A DNA stretch of 64,000 bases from a virus. The position numbers were made by a program, and so were the translations under genes. The number at the start of each line of letters is the position of its first letter. Within the stretch, counting starts at the first letter, position 1. Where the stretch lies: positions 3,599 to 67,598 of IMG/VR virus record IMGVR_UViG_3300047319_000410; one strand, written 5' to 3'. Shown here in pieces: positions 29,325 through 38,188 of the stretch. The notes under the pieces were generated by a model, which did no database searches, was not told the origin of the DNA, and saw only the letters and a program-made list of their open reading frames with translations.

Positions 29325-29650
29325 TATCTGTTATCACCAGAACCTTGCAAAACTCCTCTTTCTTGTCTTGATTTAAGTTTTGCAATATTAATCTCTGCTA
29401 CTTCTTGTAATGAAATTCCAATACAATGACAAGCAGCAGCAACGTACCATAATAAATCACCAAATTCTTTCTTTATTGTTTGTTCAAATATAAGAGGATC
29501 TCCACCATCTCTCATAAACTTCTTATACTTTTCACAAACTTCTCCTAATTCTCCCGCCATTCCAATAAATGGATACGCGGCTCCATATGGGCCTATATCA
29601 GGAAATATTGCTGTTTCCATTACTTTATTTTGATAATCATTAAGATCCAT
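29324..29650 (-). CDS. mazG: MazG-like NTP pyrophosphohydrolase
   Basis: GELGEVCEK..KK, KEFGDLLWY, NIAKL.SR..RG..GSGDNR. Confidence 0.9.
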   Translation of the reverse strand: MDLNDYQNKVMETAIFPDIGPYGAAYPFIGMAGELGEVCEKYKKFMRDGGDPLIFEQTIKKEFGDLLWYVAAACHCIGISLQEVAEINIAKLKSRQERGVLQGSGDNR

Positions 29651-30029
29651 TAAAATATCCTTTTATACTCCAACAATACTCAGGACTAGACTTACAATCA
29701 TTAAGTAAATCTTCATATCCCATCATCAATCCTTTCACATAAAGACCTTCCATGAAAGTCTTTTTATTACATTTAGTAAGAGTTTTAATTATAAATCTTT
29801 GATTCATATAAACTCCTACTCTTGCTCGCAACTGTCTTAACGATCTAATATTATCATTATCAAAGATTTGCTTTGCAGTTATGTATTTAAGTCCATTAGT
29901 TTGAAACTGTTCAAATACTTGTTCTGCTTTACCTACATTTAATACAGGTCTAGCATAAACAGCTTTACCCCTATTTTTAACTTTGGTATCTCCTTGACGA
30001 CCTTGTGGTTTTGGATTTTGACTTGCCAT
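29640..30029 (-). CDS. hypothetical protein
   Basis: 129 aa ORF with AAGGA SD. Confidence 0.65.
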   Translation of the reverse strand: MASQNPKPQGRQGDTKVKNRGKAVYARPVLNVGKAEQVFEQFQTNGLKYITAKQIFDNDNIRSLRQLRARVGVYMNQRFIIKTLTKCNKKTFMEGLYVKGLMMGYEDLLNDCKSSPEYCWSIKGYFNGS

Positions 30030-30040
30030 TTATTTTATCC

Positions 30041-30328
30041 TTATTTTTTACTCCTAATAAATTTTGAAAATCCTCTATCTAGCTTACCAACATTAGAATA
30101 AGATAAATCATGAAATTTTTCTCCAATTTTATTGGGCAAAGCACTAATATAATAATCATGATTTTCATCTTTTATCACAAATTCAAAACTGCCACACTCT
30201 TCTTTATTCATAGGATGATAACATAGTCCAACACCAGAATCCTCATCTAAGTTAAGTAAATGAGCGGAAACAATAGTATTCTCTGACTTAGTACCAAAGT
30301 CTCCAGTAATCTTATATTTAATTTTCAT
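30041..30328 (-). CDS. hypothetical protein
   Basis: 95 aa ORF coupled to the polymerase gene. Confidence 0.6.
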   Translation of the reverse strand: MKIKYKITGDFGTKSENTIVSAHLLNLDEDSGVGLCYHPMNKEECGSFEFVIKDENHDYYISALPNKIGEKFHDLSYSNVGKLDRGFSKFIRSKK

Positions 30329-31421
30329 TTAATATCTCCTGTAAATTACTTACCTTACCATTAACGTATTTAACTTCTGTTCCTACATCGAACGCACGTC
30401 CAACAACTACTTCTATATTAAACGGCACTTCGCACTCAAATCCATAGATTTTTCTCAAAGATGGATAATTTATCATCTTATCATAAATTATATTTAAAGC
30501 CTCTTCTAACTCTGGTCTTGGAGACTCATTCTCAGCACTATCATGTACAGTTGCTAAAATTAATGAGTCGAGGCCACGTAACTCAAACTCATCATGAATA
30601 TCCATAAGACAATAAAGAAGAATGTCTGAAGCAGGGCGCTGGATTTTAAAATTGATTCCTTGTCGTTCTGCGTGCTCACGTACCTTCTTAATAGGAGACT
30701 TAATATCAGGGAGATTGCGCCTTCCGCCAAATAAACTTGTAACATATTGATGTTCATGTAAAAACTCTCTTGTTTCATCCATCCAAGTAAAAATACCCGG
30801 ATAAACTTCCATATACCTGTTTATAATACTCTGTGCTCTTTGAATCGAAATATTAACCTCAGAAGCTAATCTTCCTGCTCCTCCACCATAAACAATTAAG
30901 AAAGATACTGACTTTGCAATCTGTCTCTCTTCCTTAGTAATTTTCTCGATTGGTTTCTCAAAGATTAAACTAGCAGTATAAATATGCAAATCCACTCCTG
31001 AGCGGATTGCATTAATCATCTGCTTATCTTTACATACGTGTGCTAATACCCTTAGTTCCATTCCCGAATAGTCAGTAGTTATAAACAACCACTTAAGGGA
31101 ATTAAAAATCTCTCTTATATTAAGTTCTTTAGTTTTTCTTGGCAGAGTGTGGAAAGATACGCCCATTTTGTAATAACGAGAGCAAGACAGTCTACCAGTC
31201 GTAGTGCCATCAAATTTAAAATCAACATAAACTTTATTCTCACCATTATAATCTACTGCCTTCTTAATTCCTTTATAATAGGTTGAATATAACTTAGAGA
31301 CTTTCTTATACTTTTGAACTTGATTTATAAAGTCTCTAGCTCTTATTAAATCTTCTATAGATTTGGATTCAATTACCTTTCGGCAAATATCCTCATCTAT
31401 TTGTCTCTGATTTATTTTCAT
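30318..31421 (-). CDS. family A DNA polymerase, piece 3 (catalytic domain)
   Basis: TTTGRLS, motif A DYSGMELR, motif B RQIAKSVSFLIVYG, motif C VHDS. Confidence 0.92.
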   Translation of the reverse strand: MKINQRQIDEDICRKVIESKSIEDLIRARDFINQVQKYKKVSKLYSTYYKGIKKAVDYNGENKVYVDFKFDGTTTGRLSCSRYYKMGVSFHTLPRKTKELNIREIFNSLKWLFITTDYSGMELRVLAHVCKDKQMINAIRSGVDLHIYTASLIFEKPIEKITKEERQIAKSVSFLIVYGGGAGRLASEVNISIQRAQSIINRYMEVYPGIFTWMDETREFLHEHQYVTSLFGGRRNLPDIKSPIKKVREHAERQGINFKIQRPASDILLYCLMDIHDEFELRGLDSLILATVHDSAENESPRPELEEALNIIYDKMINYPSLRKIYGFECEVPFNIEVVVGRAFDVGTEVKYVNGKVSNLQEILNEN

Positions 31422-31581
31422 TAATTAAAGTCTTTAAAAGTTCTACGGCCACCTTGTTTGCTGCTGAGGCATGATCAGTTTTATTCTTTATAGTAAAGCC
31501 CATAGCAATATCCAAAGCAATCTTAGCGTCAAGTTTAATCTGTTCATTCTTTAATTTAATATCGTTTTTACTTAATCTCAC
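31393..31581 (-). CDS. small hypothetical protein between polymerase pieces 2 and 3
   Basis: 62 aa ORF overlapping both polymerase pieces. Confidence 0.55.
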   Translation of the reverse strand: MRLSKNDIKLKNEQIKLDAKIALDIAMGFTIKNKTDHASAANKVAVELLKTLINENKSETNR

Positions 31582-32047
31582 TTTGGATTCTTTCGTTTAT
31601 CATATCAAGCAAAGTAACAAGACACTCCTTATTTGTAGCAGGCTTTTTACCTTTAGTTAACAATGGAGGATATAAACCTATCCCTCTATCATCAGTAAAT
31701 AAAAAGTCGGCTAAGTCATCTCCAGAAGACGGATTAGTGTCTTTATCATAGTGCATTTCTCTAATGCTATTATACAGTTCAGTGTTTTTTTCTTTCAATG
31801 TCTTTCCTACTTCTTCTAGTTTGATAGGATCAATAGTCATTCCTCTATATTCTATCTTAGCAAACTTAGGAAGCATCTTAGTTATTAAAGTCTCATAATA
31901 AGTCTCAACCCCTAGTTCTTTTAACTGGGGTTTTAATTTATTATAAACTCTTAACGTAAAATCACTATCTGTACAATTACCTAATGCCATCTCTGCTAAT
32001 GGCATATTCTCCCAATCAGTCTTCTTAGGATTTTTATTAGTTAACAC
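31568..32047 (-). CDS. family A DNA polymerase, piece 2 (Exo III region and start of thumb)
   Basis: NCTDSDFTLRVY, KIEYRGMTID, NPSSGDDLADFLF, TKGKKPATNKECL. Confidence 0.85.
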   Translation of the reverse strand: MLTNKNPKKTDWENMPLAEMALGNCTDSDFTLRVYNKLKPQLKELGVETYYETLITKMLPKFAKIEYRGMTIDPIKLEEVGKTLKEKNTELYNSIREMHYDKDTNPSSGDDLADFLFTDDRGIGLYPPLLTKGKKPATNKECLVTLLDMINERIQSEIK

Positions 32048-32164
32048 TTATGGACACCATCTTCTGTGAATAATACCACACAAACTACATTTAACTCTTT
32101 GATACCATCCAACTTGAATCCACTCTCCCCATTGATGCCAACCAAATCTACATCTTAATCTCAT
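32048..32164 (-). CDS. 38-aa Cys/His/Trp-rich micro-protein between polymerase pieces 1 and 2
   Basis: MRLRCRFGWHQWGEWIQVGWYQRVKCSLCGIIHRRWCP fills the gap exactly; not in the ORF track. Confidence 0.65.
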   Translation of the reverse strand: MRLRCRFGWHQWGEWIQVGWYQRVKCSLCGIIHRRWCP

Positions 32165-32165
32165 A

Positions 32166-33167
32166 TTAAAACTCCTGTAAATATTCTGGGTAGTGTTCCT
32201 TAACTAAGTCCTTTAAATGCTTTGGTTTATTCTCTTCTATTTGATGCTGCATTAAAAGCGTATCATCCACATTAATTACTGTAATTTCATTATGTAAAAG
32301 CATCTTTAAATCAAATTTAGCATTGTGAAATACTTTTCTATTAAGTTTATTCTTACATATTAATGACATAAAACTTAGTGTAGTCAGAGGTTCAATCAAG
32401 GACTCTTTATGATAAACTGGGAAGCAAATTGCTTTACCTTCATCCCAAGCTATTGATACAGTTAATAATTTATCTTTAAGGAAATTTAATCCCTCAGTCT
32501 CAGTATCAATGGCAATAGTTTTATCAGTAGTAAATAACCATCTATAGTCTTCTAATTCTTTCTCTGAGTTAATAAGTTTATAATCTTGATTAATTACTGT
32601 CTTTATTTTTAAAATGTACTTATGATATGCATTTCTTATATCCTGCTCAAATAATACAAGGTTACGAGGCTCGTAAATAATAGAAGCAGGGTGTACAATA
32701 GGGACAACAGGAATTTCTTCATAATAAAATGTCTGTCCTCTCTTATCAATAATTCCACTCTTTCTAATTAGCATCTTCATTGCTAAGTTACCCATTGGAA
32801 TTATAAGTTTGGGCTTAAGTTTATCTATGGTATCTTTTAAGTGCTGCCTACAAATCTTCATATTAGAAGGAGTCATATCAGATTCCTTAATACTTGGACA
32901 CTTAACAGAAGCTAAACAAGTCCAACTAATTTCATCACTAAAAATCTTTCCAATAGTCTCTTTTAATAAGATATAGTTATCTGGAAGAAGTGCAACAGCA
33001 TTATTATCATAAGTTGGTCTTAGACAATCAGATAAAAATAATACATCTACTTCTTTAGAATTTTCATAATCCATGAATGAATGGAAAGGTTTATTCAACT
33101 TAAGAATTGAACATCCTTCACATTTTGAATTATTAGTAGATAAAGCTGGGAAGTCTATTTCGTCCAT
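32166..33167 (-). CDS. family A DNA polymerase, piece 1 (UDG-like domain + Exo I/II)
   Basis: CEGC, VKCP, ICRQHL, HPASII (family 4 UDG-like fold); IAIDTET; FHNAKFD; DDTLL. Confidence 0.87.
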   Translation of the reverse strand: MDEIDFPALSTNNSKCEGCSILKLNKPFHSFMDYENSKEVDVLFLSDCLRPTYDNNAVALLPDNYILLKETIGKIFSDEISWTCLASVKCPSIKESDMTPSNMKICRQHLKDTIDKLKPKLIIPMGNLAMKMLIRKSGIIDKRGQTFYYEEIPVVPIVHPASIIYEPRNLVLFEQDIRNAYHKYILKIKTVINQDYKLINSEKELEDYRWLFTTDKTIAIDTETEGLNFLKDKLLTVSIAWDEGKAICFPVYHKESLIEPLTTLSFMSLICKNKLNRKVFHNAKFDLKMLLHNEITVINVDDTLLMQHQIEENKPKHLKDLVKEHYPEYLQEF

Positions 33168-33181
33168 AACTATAATAAAGT
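33168..33181. promoter_or_regulatory. 14-bp divergent spacer with overlapping -10 boxes
   Basis: Plus strand TATAAT-aaagt-ATG; minus strand TATTAT-agtt-ATG. Confidence 0.55.
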
Positions 33182-33529
33182 ATGAGTAATTATATTGATA
33201 ATAAGAAGTTTGAAAAACTGATATGGAACTATAAAAAGAATCCCAGGAAATATGAGAAAGAATTTACTGAAACGCTTGATCTTCTTATATCAACTATAAT
33301 ACATTCATTCTCCTTTAAAATGGAATTTGATGATGCTAAACAGGATTGTTTCCTTTTAATCTTAAAAGTTCTTAAAAACTTTGATAAAACTAAGGGTCCT
33401 GCTTTTAATTACTTTACTACTGTTATACTAAACAACCTTAGAGCAATATACACTAAGGATAAGAAATATACCAAAAGTATTGATAACTATATTAGTTATA
33501 TGATGAAACTTCAAGATGAGAGAGATTAA
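33182..33529 (+). CDS. gp55-like late-transcription sigma factor
   Basis: NYIDNKKF, DDAKQDC..ILKVLKNFD.TK..AFNYFTT, resembling sigma region 2 / T4 gp55. Confidence 0.75.
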   Translation: MSNYIDNKKFEKLIWNYKKNPRKYEKEFTETLDLLISTIIHSFSFKMEFDDAKQDCFLLILKVLKNFDKTKGPAFNYFTTVILNNLRAIYTKDKKYTKSIDNYISYMMKLQDERD

Positions 33530-33836
33530 CTAACTCTCGTTCAATAGAAGATACGGTATTATAAATCTTAACTCTATATCTTCCTGAACATACAACCATT
33601 GCAGGAACAGAAGTTACTGCAAAAAATCCAAATGATTCTGGAGCTTCAAAAGAGTCCATAATATAAACAGGAACTTGAGTTTCCCATCTTAACTTAGTTA
33701 GTATAAACTCTCTTACTTGTGCTGATAGTGGGTCCCAGGATGATAAAAAGATAAAAACTGCATGAGAGTTTCCTAAGTTCCTGGTTATTGAGTTAAACTC
33801 TAAATCATTAATAGAAGTAAAAATATTACTATTCAT
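33492..33836 (-). CDS. thioredoxin-fold protein lacking CXXC
   Basis: FIFLSSWDPLS in place of WCxxC; VTSVPAMVV cis-Pro loop. Confidence 0.6.
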   Translation of the reverse strand: MNSNIFTSINDLEFNSITRNLGNSHAVFIFLSSWDPLSAQVREFILTKLRWETQVPVYIMDSFEAPESFGFFAVTSVPAMVVCSGRYRVKIYNTVSSIERELVNLSHLEVSSYN

Positions 33837-34201
33837 AGTGCTGACATTATAACTGGTTCATTTGTGGGTTCGGGGATTACATTCTCTTCGTTAGCTATAT
33901 TATCTAGTGCAGCATTAAACTTAGCTTTTTCCTCAGGATTATTGTCTAAATATTCTTTAAGTCTTTTCTCTGCCTCTTCGTGTATAGCCATTATACCTCG
34001 CTGAAATACTGACTTAGAAAAATCATCCTCAGACATAGCAGGGGGTTTAACATTAGTCATCCAATTCTTGTATGCCTCTGAGTCTGACTTACCAAATTTA
34101 ATAGAAATTCTCATTCTTCTTCCTTCTGTGTTAATCTTTAATTTATATGTTTTAGGGCTAAGTTTAAGTAAGGTTAACCCACCTTTTGAATTTATCTTCA
34201 T
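33833..34201 (-). CDS. hypothetical protein
   Basis: 122 aa ORF, ATGA-coupled to the next gene. Confidence 0.65.
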   Translation of the reverse strand: MKINSKGGLTLLKLSPKTYKLKINTEGRRMRISIKFGKSDSEAYKNWMTNVKPPAMSEDDFSKSVFQRGIMAIHEEAEKRLKEYLDNNPEEKAKFNAALDNIANEENVIPEPTNEPVIMSAL

Positions 34202-34235
34202 TTAGGTACTCTATAATACTAAGAAGGATAATATT

Positions 34236-34742
34236 ATGGAAGACAATTATGAATTTTCAGAAGATCTTAAATTCAAGAAACGACCAAATAGCAAAAAGAA
34301 GGGATCTTCATTTGAAAGAAAGGTATGTCAAGTATTAAATGATTACTTTAAAACCACAGAATTTTGTAGATCCCCTAATAGTGGTGCTTTTGCTACTACT
34401 CATAACTTACCTGAATACCTTAAGATATATGGGGATATTATAACCCCTAAGGAATTTAAATTCTGCATAGAAGCTAAAAGAGGTTACTCTGATATAAACA
34501 TATCTGATTTATTTAATAAGAAGTCTAAGTTTTGGGAATTCATAGAACAAGCTGAGAGAGACAGTAGAAAATCACACAAGCCTTATCTCCTTATTTGGCA
34601 ACAAGATAGGGGCAGAATCCTATGTGTTTTACCTAAGACTTACTCACTAATTGTCGAAAACCACTTAAATTTTGGTATTATAAATATAATAGCTTTAGAA
34701 GAATTATTAAAATTAAACAATGTAACTAACTTCTATAACTAA
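34236..34742 (+). CDS. Holliday junction resolvase (Hjc-like PD-(D/E)xK)
   Basis: NSKKKGSSFER, RSPNSGA, GDI, IEAK, WEFIEQA. Confidence 0.82.
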   Translation: MEDNYEFSEDLKFKKRPNSKKKGSSFERKVCQVLNDYFKTTEFCRSPNSGAFATTHNLPEYLKIYGDIITPKEFKFCIEAKRGYSDINISDLFNKKSKFWEFIEQAERDSRKSHKPYLLIWQQDRGRILCVLPKTYSLIVENHLNFGIINIIALEELLKLNNVTNFYN

Positions 34743-34752
34743 AAAGTTATAA

Positions 34753-37245
34753 CTAAAGATTAGATTTAGTTAACATAGTTTCTAAGAGCTTACGTGTTAA
34801 AGCAAGATAATTATCTATTTCTACACTGTCATGAACACCTTTCATAACATTATGAGATACTTCATGCATTAACTCTTTCATATACTCAGTTACTTGAGTA
34901 GTTACAATAGAAGATAATTTTTTATTATAATCATCTTTAGCTCTAGTGAATAAAATTTTAAATATTACATGAGGTTTACCTAATACTCTTTTAATTATAT
35001 TAATTGATTGTCCACCAGAACCTTCAATTTCATAATCACCAGAAATTATTCCTTTAGCCATTTCTTGATTTAAAGTATTTTGATTAAATCTATAGATCTT
35101 GTTACTCTTAAGATTTCTTATTTCTAAACCTACGTTATTAATAGAGTTACCAGTTTCTAATATTAACATTCCTAAAGCTTGTCTAGCTAATCTAGTTTTA
35201 TTAGGATCTTTAATATCTCTTAATAAAACCCCTCTTGCAACTCTATTCTGAATTGAAACTTTAATTTTCTCTAAAGTTGGATATTCTTCCATTTTGACTC
35301 TTTTAATAGAGTCATCAATATCCTTTTTATATAATTGAGACTGAAAATCCCCAGCAGCTAATAGATCACTGACTATTTTTAATGTTTGTTCAATAGGATC
35401 AATATCTTTTCTTCCTATTACTTCTTCATTAAACAAATCATCAAGATGAGTTAATTGTTTATTAATTGCTCCATAATATGCTTTTAATGGTGAAGGTTGC
35501 TTTTCAGTAACGAAATTAAGATTATCATCTGAAAATGCAGTTGGTACAAAGCCAAATACTTCCTTTAGCATTAATTTACCAATCTGAGTTCCACTTTCCT
35601 TTGACCAACTTACTTTAAAATTAATAGGAAGTGCATGAACTATTTCTCCAGCTCCTATTCCTTGTTGCATTAAGTTACCAGAATTTGATTGTAAGTCTCC
35701 TGCTGTAAAGGACATAAGATCAGTTTCTTTTAATCCAAAGGTTTTAGCTGCTGCTAACGCTTTCCCTTTATTTGACTCTTTATAGACCTCCAAAATATCA
35801 GCTTTCTTACCTTTTTCAGATATATTACCAACGTGTAAGATAGCATCTGGTTGTCTGGAAGCAAAAGACTTAGTAGCTGATTGACCAAATAAACTATTAA
35901 GACTAGAGATTAATACTTGTTTGCTGGCTTCTAAAGCCATAAAATTACTATCTTTCTCTATTTTTAATAAGTCATTATAAAGGAATGCAGATAATTTATC
36001 TGCTTCTACAGAATCTTCACTATAAAGTACTTCGTTTATTCCTATCTTAGCTACGTACTCATTAAATTTATCTATTCTATTGCCCACATCTAGGGATATT
36101 TTAGTGAGTGTAGCAAGAGCTAGGGCTTTGTCCCCTCTTGCTACAGCTGCGACGACCATAGGGTATAACTCGAAGGATTTTCCCAGGTAATTAATCCATA
36201 CAATGTCCGACTCCCCCATCTTCTCTCTAGAGGTAAATCTAACTGAGTCACGATAAGATATAGCATCCTTTTCAAAGTCAGGAATATCTTTCTCTTTTTT
36301 CCAATGGGATACTCTTTTATTAAAAGATAAAACTAAATTAACAAAAGGATCACTTAAAATTTCTTCCTTCTTTTTATGTATCCCACCAGTCCCAACACCA
36401 TAGTCTGGGAGACCCTTACCTCTAACCCAAAGACCATTCCTGTCTATAATTAAAGTTTTAGCTAATTCTTGTAAATCGCCCTCTTTAAAAGTGTTGTGTC
36501 TAACAGATTCTTCAATTAAAGTTACTGCTTTAAATAAGTTTTCTGTGAAAGCATTCCTGGTAGTAGGATCTAAAACTCGTCTTTCATATCCTAGTTCACT
36601 TATAGCATAATTAACTTCTCCATTAAGTTTACCATAAAGACCCTGAGTTCCAGGGTTTAAAACTCTCATATTAAGTAAGTTTCCTGGAACTGATAACCAA
36701 TCAAGGGGCATTCCTGTTTTAGGAGATAAGGTTTGTTCAAAGAAACCATCAACTCTTAATTTTTCTAACTTATTTCCTATTTGTTGAAGATTATAAAGAG
36801 TGTTCTGTTCTAACATTGCATCTTCTGGTAAACCTCCCATTGGAGTCATTATATCCATAGGAACTGCTTTTGGAGCAAGTGCTAAATTTGACTCTTTTTC
36901 AGGTTCCTCTGTACCTGCACTTCCAACTCTTAATTTAGCCAACCATCTCCATTTTTCCATATTAACTTGACCAGATTTGGCAGTTAATATAGTTGGACGT
37001 TCTCCTGATTGAGTTTGAACATAGATTGGGAAATCTTGTCCCTCAATAGAATATGGAGTTAATAAGGCTACTGTAGGTTTAGTTGTAGTAGCCCAGGAAG
37101 GAATTTTAGCTACTGTACCTTGAAGACGCTCTACTTCTGTATCTATCTTAGCGTTTTGTTCATCATTCTCTACAATAGTTAATTTGAACTTACGCTTATT
37201 AATAAGTTCATAACTAGCTAACAGGTCTGTAAAGTAAGATTCCAC
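34753..37245 (-). CDS. large hypothetical protein, possibly virion-associated
   Basis: 830 aa, last gene of the tail operon; no recognisable family. Confidence 0.7.
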   Translation of the reverse strand: MESYFTDLLASYELINKRKFKLTIVENDEQNAKIDTEVERLQGTVAKIPSWATTTKPTVALLTPYSIEGQDFPIYVQTQSGERPTILTAKSGQVNMEKWRWLAKLRVGSAGTEEPEKESNLALAPKAVPMDIMTPMGGLPEDAMLEQNTLYNLQQIGNKLEKLRVDGFFEQTLSPKTGMPLDWLSVPGNLLNMRVLNPGTQGLYGKLNGEVNYAISELGYERRVLDPTTRNAFTENLFKAVTLIEESVRHNTFKEGDLQELAKTLIIDRNGLWVRGKGLPDYGVGTGGIHKKKEEILSDPFVNLVLSFNKRVSHWKKEKDIPDFEKDAISYRDSVRFTSREKMGESDIVWINYLGKSFELYPMVVAAVARGDKALALATLTKISLDVGNRIDKFNEYVAKIGINEVLYSEDSVEADKLSAFLYNDLLKIEKDSNFMALEASKQVLISSLNSLFGQSATKSFASRQPDAILHVGNISEKGKKADILEVYKESNKGKALAAAKTFGLKETDLMSFTAGDLQSNSGNLMQQGIGAGEIVHALPINFKVSWSKESGTQIGKLMLKEVFGFVPTAFSDDNLNFVTEKQPSPLKAYYGAINKQLTHLDDLFNEEVIGRKDIDPIEQTLKIVSDLLAAGDFQSQLYKKDIDDSIKRVKMEEYPTLEKIKVSIQNRVARGVLLRDIKDPNKTRLARQALGMLILETGNSINNVGLEIRNLKSNKIYRFNQNTLNQEMAKGIISGDYEIEGSGGQSINIIKRVLGKPHVIFKILFTRAKDDYNKKLSSIVTTQVTEYMKELMHEVSHNVMKGVHDSVEIDNYLALTRKLLETMLTKSNL

Positions 37246-37248
37246 ACT

Positions 37249-37602
37249 TTAATATTTAGCACCAGTTAGAGCATTGTCTGGATTTGACTCTTTTGCCCTA
37301 CTGACTTCTGCTTCATACTCTTTGCACGCTTTATTATACTTAGATTCAAATGACTTTAGAAAATCTACTATAACTTTTAATTTTTTAACTTTTTCTTCAC
37401 AACAATCTTCACCAAAAATATTTAAATCTATTCTTAAAGGATCTCCGTATTCGTTTGATATTTTTATACAAGCATCTAAGTCATGTGGTCTAACTCTAAT
37501 ATGACCAGAGATATTAGATGCTCCATCATCACTAAGCCATTCTCGTTTCTTATATGAGAATATTGGTTTTTCCCCAACAAACTCAACTAAAGTCTTAGCC
37601 AT
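37249..37602 (-). CDS. hypothetical protein
   Basis: 117 aa ORF coupled to the tail tube gene. Confidence 0.65.
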   Translation of the reverse strand: MAKTLVEFVGEKPIFSYKKREWLSDDGASNISGHIRVRPHDLDACIKISNEYGDPLRIDLNIFGEDCCEEKVKKLKVIVDFLKSFESKYNKACKEYEAEVSRAKESNPDNALTGAKY

Positions 37603-38173
37603 TTGGATTACTTTCTTGAACTGCGAAGTCGTAACTAAAAGTCATTTCAATAGTATGAAATTCATTAGTTGCGTAGTTAAATTCTCCCTCTTTCCACGAA
37701 TTGGGAAATACAGCATAAAGATGAGTATGTTTAATAGGCTTGCGTTCATTAGATAATTGGAATAATTGACAATTAACTTTAAAGTTTCCAATTCCTTGTT
37801 TAAAATTATCTGTTAGGATTCCAGTTCTTGGATCATAGATAGATGCAAACCATTCATAAAGAACCGAAGCAGTATCACCTAAAACCAAGTTATCAAAAGT
37901 TACTGTTATTGGCTCAGTATTAACTTTACCAGCATAATAGAATTTATCATTAACTCTTTCAGAAGTTATTCTTTCCATTGCATGTCCAATAGGAGATACT
38001 TGTTTTGCAGCTAGAGTTAATCCGTTTGGGATTGGTCCTTCACCTGTTGGGCAATTAAAGACTAATTCCCATTGAAATCTACGAATAGACTCAAGATCAT
38101 GAGACAAATCAGGAATATGTCCGTGTTGTAAATCTCTCTCTTTAGCTGTAGCGTAATAATCTATTTTTGCCAT
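37595..38173 (-). CDS. tail tube protein (gp19-like)
   Basis: RRFQWEL, YYAGKV..EPITVTF, LYAVFP, IEMTFSYD; follows the sheath gene. Confidence 0.85.
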   Translation of the reverse strand: MAKIDYYATAKERDLQHGHIPDLSHDLESIRRFQWELVFNCPTGEGPIPNGLTLAAKQVSPIGHAMERITSERVNDKFYYAGKVNTEPITVTFDNLVLGDTASVLYEWFASIYDPRTGILTDNFKQGIGNFKVNCQLFQLSNERKPIKHTHLYAVFPNSWKEGEFNYATNEFHTIEMTFSYDFAVQESNPNG

Positions 38174-38188
38174 AAAATTTTATCCTAA

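Noticed and set aside
31393-32165. Group I introns or inteins interrupting the polymerase
   Set aside because: Gaps are only about 120-150 nt and are filled by ORFs; no intron core or intein terminal residues were recognised
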